A stretch of DNA of 64,000 bases from Enoplolaimus lenunculus. Taxonomy: Eukaryota. The stretch is from positions 62,001 through 126,000 of the forward strand of contig JASANG010000424.1 in assembly GCA_030248215.1 (NCBI GenBank), written 5' to 3'. Both the position numbers and the translations under genes were made by a program. The notes under the pieces are model-generated. The model saw only the letters and a program-made list of their open reading frames with translations, had not been told where the DNA came from and made no database searches. Within the stretch, counting starts at the first letter, position 1, and each line of letters starts with the position of its first letter. This document shows positions 62,578-64,000 of this stretch, in pieces.

Positions 62578-63847
62578 CTGAAATGATATTCGATTTTTTA
62601 AAGCATAGAGCTTACTATGAACAACGCGCCACAAATTGTAATTTGAGATGAAATAGAAAATATTCATGAAACAAAGGATTCATTTATACAAAGAGTGGAT
62701 GATGCATACTTGAACAAGAGTACACAACTGAGTACATTCTGCGTAGAAAAGAGTGTATCTGGCACGCGTTGCGTTTTCGGCCCACCTCTCTTTATTTAGA
62801 AGGGTACAACTTGTGCGAACCATGACACTTGATGTATCCGGCAACAAAAATTGCTTCGCTTATAGTTTAAATTATAGCTATTGCATGTGACAGCGACCCA
62901 ACTCTAAACAAGGGGGATTCGCTAAAACGCAGTGCCCGGTGGTACATTTTGTACCATGCGGAATCCAAAAACTTGCTCACTCTTGTATCATACACTCTTG
63001 GTTATACTAATGATCCCAGTTCCCTCAAAACGATGATTCCGGCTAAAGGGGGGACAGATATTTATTTGGCCTCCCAGAGGTTACTCCCCTGTGGTTCGGT
63101 TACGGACTGTTATTTATTTTTAACTGACGCTTCGCCACTCTTCGTTACTGATCTATATCCGTTATTGCAATTTTCCGTTGAATTAAACGTTAATGCAAGG
63201 TTATACTTAGGAATGTACATTCAAAACTTAAGTACGCTTTAAAATTTCGAACTCAACTTTATTTGGTCCTAGAGTCATTTATGCGCTACAATTAAGGATA
63301 ATTGACATTTATGAACTATAATTAGTGTTTAATGACTGTATCCGCTTACGGACTCTCACTTGGCATACGGACTCCTATTGACTGAGACTCAAAATGGGGA
63401 CCAACCATCTTATTACCCCCTTATTCGGTTCACTACAGTACGTTTGAAACAAAACAATTTTGATGTTGGTTACCAAAAAACACTTTAAAGTCAACTTTAT
63501 TCAAATAAAATATTTCAAAAAACACCATCATCCTACATTGTGAATTTTGCTAATTTGAAATGGATCAACGGCTTTTGTACACTTTCTTCGCTATTTTGGT
63601 TAGGCTTAGGCTCAGGCTTTGGTTTAGGTTTATGAAAAGGTTGTAGGAATGTTTAAGCCTAAGCATTCTACATTAAAGGAAGTGTGCAAAGGGATGATGC
63701 AGACCTTTCTAAACAAGGGGCCGCATTATACATTATAATAGTGAAAAAAAGCTTGCAAGCGAAGCGAGTAAGAAGCCAAACGCGATTTTAGTAATAAATC
63801 GCATCACAAATTTTCAGTTTTGATCACTGATGGGGGGATGTTGCCTA

Positions 63848-64000
63848 CACTGCAAGAAATAATGAGTCAACTTGAGTCTATCCAAAATATGCTCTACGAG
63901 ACTACACAAACATAGTCAAATTTGACTCCACCAGAGTTAAATTCGACTCACTTAGTCGCATGTTTGACTATGGTGGAGTATCGAATTTGACTCAGTTTGT
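63848..64000. mobile_element. Family-A MITE truncated by the window end (other partial copies at 1-31 and ~31165-31269)
   Basis: ta|cactgcaagaaataatgagtcaac...ttgactcagtttgt. Confidence 0.8.

Noticed and set aside
1..64000. Autonomous transposase or reverse transcriptase for the MITE families
   Set aside because: No ORF of suitable length or with DDE, RT or Rep-Hel motifs in the window.

Overview
AT-rich eukaryotic genomic DNA, almost certainly nematode: it has abundant TTAGGC telomeric repeats, TTTCAG/TTTTAG splice acceptors and nematode-type Cys-rich domains. Four protein-coding genes were reconstructed by hand from splice signals and phase compatibility. (1) A 5-exon stomatin/SPFH gene (minus, 6984-12316, ~484 aa) with a ~200-aa P/G/Q/H-rich tail. 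(2) A 12-exon secreted protein (plus, 42781-52954, ~336 aa) with two chitin-binding type-2-like domains, six phase-0 micro-exons each encoding one CGxPxxPC-type repeat, and a C-terminal CC-like domain. (3) A 2-exon four-TM protein (minus, 54731-56486, ~276 aa). (4) The last exon of a single-pass membrane protein (minus, 62156-62577). The rest is packed with short non-autonomous DNA transposons. The most unusual signal is a high-copy (>20 copies or fragments in 64 kb) MITE family with GGCC(C/A)ATG terminal inverted repeats and 8-bp target-site duplications (Merlin-like) whose interior is an oriented, length-variable (TTAGGC)n array. It is in effect a mobile element that disperses interstitial telomeric sequence. 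Also present: two CACTG...CAGTG (CMC/EnSpm-like) MITE families, a TTAA piggyBac-type MITE containing a tRNA-like A/B-box cassette, Harbinger-like foldbacks, a Helentron/DINE-1-like element pair, and several minisatellites. No transposase ORF was seen. Gene models and TE superfamily calls come from manual reading, not database searches.
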